Source: an uncultured Cryptobacterium sp. (GTDB taxonomy: Bacteria; Actinomycetota; Coriobacteriia; Coriobacteriales; Eggerthellaceae). From it: a stretch of DNA of 64,000 bases. The notes beneath the pieces were generated by a model. It did no database searches. It had not been told where the DNA came from and saw nothing but the letters and a program-made list of their open reading frames with translations. Positions 61,788 through 64,000 of the stretch are shown one piece after another; position 1 is the first letter of the stretch, and the number at the start of each line of letters is the position of its first letter. The translations under genes and the position numbers were made by a program. The stretch spans positions 19,905 through 83,904 of the forward strand of contig CAYWAO010000005.1 of assembly GCA_964456695.1 (NCBI GenBank), read 5' to 3'.

Positions 61788-62048
61788 ATGTCTGACTATA
61801 CAAAGCAGCCTCGTCGCAAGTATTGTCAGTTCTGCAAAGACCATGCAGAATATGTCGATTACAAAGACACCCAGATGCTGCGTAAATATGTAACTGACCG
61901 TGGAAAAATTAAGCCCCGCCGTGTTACGGGTGCTTGCACACAGCATCAGCGTGACATCGCAAATGCAGTAAAGCGTGCGCGTGAAATGGCATTGATGCCA
62001 TATGCTGTTCCTGCAGTAAGCGGTCGCGGCGATCGTCGCAATCGCTAA
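61788..62048 (+). CDS. rpsR: 30S ribosomal protein S18
   Basis: 86 aa (CQFCKD...YVDYKD...[10 protein letters not shown]). Confidence 0.93.
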   Translation: MSDYTKQPRRKYCQFCKDHAEYVDYKDTQMLRKYVTDRGKIKPRRVTGACTQHQRDIANAVKRAREMALMPYAVPAVSGRGDRRNR

Positions 62049-62059
62049 AGGAGGATAAG

Positions 62060-62587
62060 ATGAAAGTAATCCTTCTCTCTGAAGTAAAAGGCAAGGGCGG
62101 CGAAGGCGATGTGTGTGATGTTGCCCCTGGGTTTGCTAACAACTATCTTTTCCCTCAGGGGTTAGCGATACCTGCTACCAAGGGTAACCTCAAGCAGCTT
62201 GAGCAGCGTAAACATAATATTGCTGCCCGTGAAGAAAATCGTGTTGAGAGCGCAAATAAGACCAAAGAGGCTCTTGACGCTCTTACGGTTAAGGTAGAAG
62301 CCCGCGTAGGCGAAGAAGGCGTGCTCTTTGGTTCTGTCACGTCCCAGATGATCGTTGAGGCAATCAAAGAACAGGCCGACATTGAGATCGACCGTCGCCG
62401 TGTTGAAATGAGCAGTGCTATCAAAACTGCTGGCGAGCATACGGTTGCTATCTCTCTGTATCGCGATATTAAGGCTCAGGTATCTCTTCTTGTTGGTGAT
62501 GCTGCAATGCTTGCAGAAGAGGAGAACGAAGAGCAGCCAAGCGAAGAGAACGAAGCTGAACAGGCAGCTGAAGAAAGCGCTGAATAA
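62060..62587 (+). CDS. rplI: 50S ribosomal protein L9 (with acidic C-terminal extension)
   Basis: [37 protein letters not shown]-domain. Confidence 0.93.
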   Translation: MKVILLSEVKGKGGEGDVCDVAPGFANNYLFPQGLAIPATKGNLKQLEQRKHNIAAREENRVESANKTKEALDALTVKVEARVGEEGVLFGSVTSQMIVEAIKEQADIEIDRRRVEMSSAIKTAGEHTVAISLYRDIKAQVSLLVGDAAMLAEEENEEQPSEENEAEQAAEESAE

Positions 62588-62637
62588 AACGTTTTTGCTA
62601 CGGTGTTGTAGTATGTAGTAACACAATAATTTTGGCT

Positions 62638-62672
62638 AATGCCTGCGTGCATCATGCGCAGGCATTTTGTTC
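62638..62672 (+). terminator. Rho-independent terminator after rplI
   Basis: AATGCCTGCG...CGCAGGCATT, a 10-bp stem plus two G-T pairs, followed by TTGTTCT. Confidence 0.7.
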
Positions 62673-62751
62673 TCTTGTAGACTGCCTACATGAACATAAC
62701 GTACGTGTATTCATGTAGGCATGGATGAGCGCAGAAAAGCAGGTGTAGGAT

Positions 62752-64000
62752 ATGGCTGATCCAGGACAAAATACTTCCGATCCCAAGGCATCCTTTCCGC
62801 AGAACATCGAAGCAGAGCAGACGGTATTAGCTGCTTGCTTGTTGTCAAATGGCGTGTTTGAAGAAGTTTCGCTCAAGCTCAAGCCTGAGAGCTTTTTCCG
62901 CCCTGCACATCGCATCATTTTTGAGACGATGCGTGACATGAATGCTCGTTCGATACCGATTGATGTTATTTCGGTATCCGATACCCTAAAAGCACAGGGG
63001 CAACTTGAAGCGGTAGGTGGTCAGTCGTATCTGCTTGAGCTGGCAGATAACACCTTTGCCTTTACCAGCTGGCAGCATCATAGCGATATTGTTGCGCGTG
63101 ATGCGATGCGCCGTGAGCTTTTGCGGGCATCTGCCGAGATAACATCGCTCGCTTACGATTCCCCTGCCGATCCTAAAGAATTAGTGTCTCAAGCAGAAGC
63201 CGCCTTGTTTGATGTAACCGAGCAGACGGTCAGCTCAACATTTAAAGACATTCAAACGCTTATTATCGAAGCAAATGATGAAATTGCTGAAATGGCAAAT
63301 CGTGCCGACACGATGCAAGGCGTGCCTACAGGATTTACCGATGTTGATAAGCTCTTTTGTGGCTTGCGTGGGGGAGATCTCATCATTTTGGCGGCCCGTC
63401 CTGCGGTGGGCAAAACCTCGTTTGCGATGAATCTTGCAACGAATGCTGCAAAACTGGGATCTGCCGTTGCGCTGTTTAGTTTGGAAATGTCTTCGGTTCA
63501 AATTACCCAGCGTATTCTGGCGGCAGAGGCGGGTATGAATTTGTCCCGCATGCGTGGCGGCATGCTCCAGGACAGTGACTGGAGTGAATTGGTTCGCGTG
63601 TCAAGCGAGCTTTCCCAATACGAATTTTACGTCGACGATTCGCCTTCGCTTTCCATTGTTGAGCTGCGCACCAAAGCACGTCGAATGATGCGCAACAGAA
63701 AACAAGGCATCATTATCGTCGACTATCTCCAGCTCATGCAGCCCGTTGTTCCTCATCCCAATAACCGCGCTGTTGAAGTTGCAGAAATCTCTCGAGGGCT
63801 TAAAGTGCTGGCGAAAGAGCTTAACGTGCCCGTTTTGGCGCTCTCTCAGCTTTCACGTGGCGTTGAATCGCGTACCGATAAACGACCAATGTTGTCAGAC
63901 TTGCGCGAATCGGGTTCTATCGAACAAGATGCTGACATCGTTATGTTTTTAGACAGGAGCACGTCAGAGACAGAAGCAGAGTCTGATCGTCGCCCGGATT
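62752..64000 (+). CDS. dnaB: Replicative DNA helicase DnaB (5' part, runs off the window)
   Basis: Open frame from the ATG at 62752 (AGGTG upstream) to the window end, so it is absent from the ORF track. Motifs PQNIEAEQTVLAACLL, Walker A ARPAVGKTSF, IIIVDYLQLM and RESGSIEQDAD. Confidence 0.92.
   Translation, partial: MADPGQNTSDPKASFPQNIEAEQTVLAACLLSNGVFEEVSLKLKPESFFRPAHRIIFETMRDMNARSIPIDVISVSDTLKAQGQLEAVGGQSYLLELADNTFAFTSWQHHSDIVARDAMRRELLRASAEITSLAYDSPADPKELVSQAEAALFDVTEQTVSSTFKDIQTLIIEANDEIAEMANRADTMQGVPTGFTDVDKLFCGLRGGDLIILAARPAVGKTSFAMNLATNAAKLGSAVALFSLEMSSVQITQRILAAEAGMNLSRMRGGMLQDSDWSELVRVSSELSQYEFYVDDSPSLSIVELRTKARRMMRNRKQGIIIVDYLQLMQPVVPHPNNRAVEVAEISRGLKVLAKELNVPVLALSQLSRGVESRTDKRPMLSDLRESGSIEQDADIVMFLDRSTSETEAESDRRPD

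Overview
This window is the replication-origin region of a bacterial chromosome. The synteny looks like Actinomycetota, probably Coriobacteriia.

The core block is rpmH-rnpA-yidD-yidC-jag-rsmG-parA-parB on the minus strand. It is followed by dnaA-dnaN-recF-DUF721(DciA-like)-gyrB-gyrA, then tRNA-Ile/tRNA-Ala on the plus strand. Gene orientation switches near 39.8-40.5 kb.

Left of the origin lie:
- a LytS/LytTR-type two-component pair, a TauE-type permease, a GT-A-like protein, rsgA and trkH
- a contiguous heat-shock block, dnaK-grpE-dnaJ-hspR-clpB
- a ferredoxin / hypE / nikR cluster, galE, a HAD phosphatase and tRNA-Gly
- a roughly 1370-aa membrane protein built on a split, apparently degenerate M28 peptidase fold, and a coiled-coil membrane protein
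- an exonuclease-DinG helicase, ddl and rlmN

Right of gyrA lie a DUF151 nuclease, typA, a PrsA-like lipoprotein, an orphan ABC ATPase, two tRNA-Ser genes, an LtaS-like sulfatase-family membrane protein, rpsF-ssb-rpsR-rplI and the 5' part of dnaB.

I found no CRISPR array, transposase, integrase, phage gene or recognisable defence operon, so the window is mostly ordinary core genome. The items most worth a second look are:
1. A GHKL-ATPase + winged-helix protein with a Pro/Tyr/Gln-rich N-terminus, wedged between rpmH and dnaA and flanked by DnaA-box clusters.
2. The giant split pseudo-M28 membrane protein and its neighbours.
3. Four parS sites packed into about 300 bp of a 660-bp gap.
4. An orphan hypE beside nikR, with a long-spacer inverted repeat upstream.

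All domain calls come from reading motifs in the supplied translations. No database search or computation was run.
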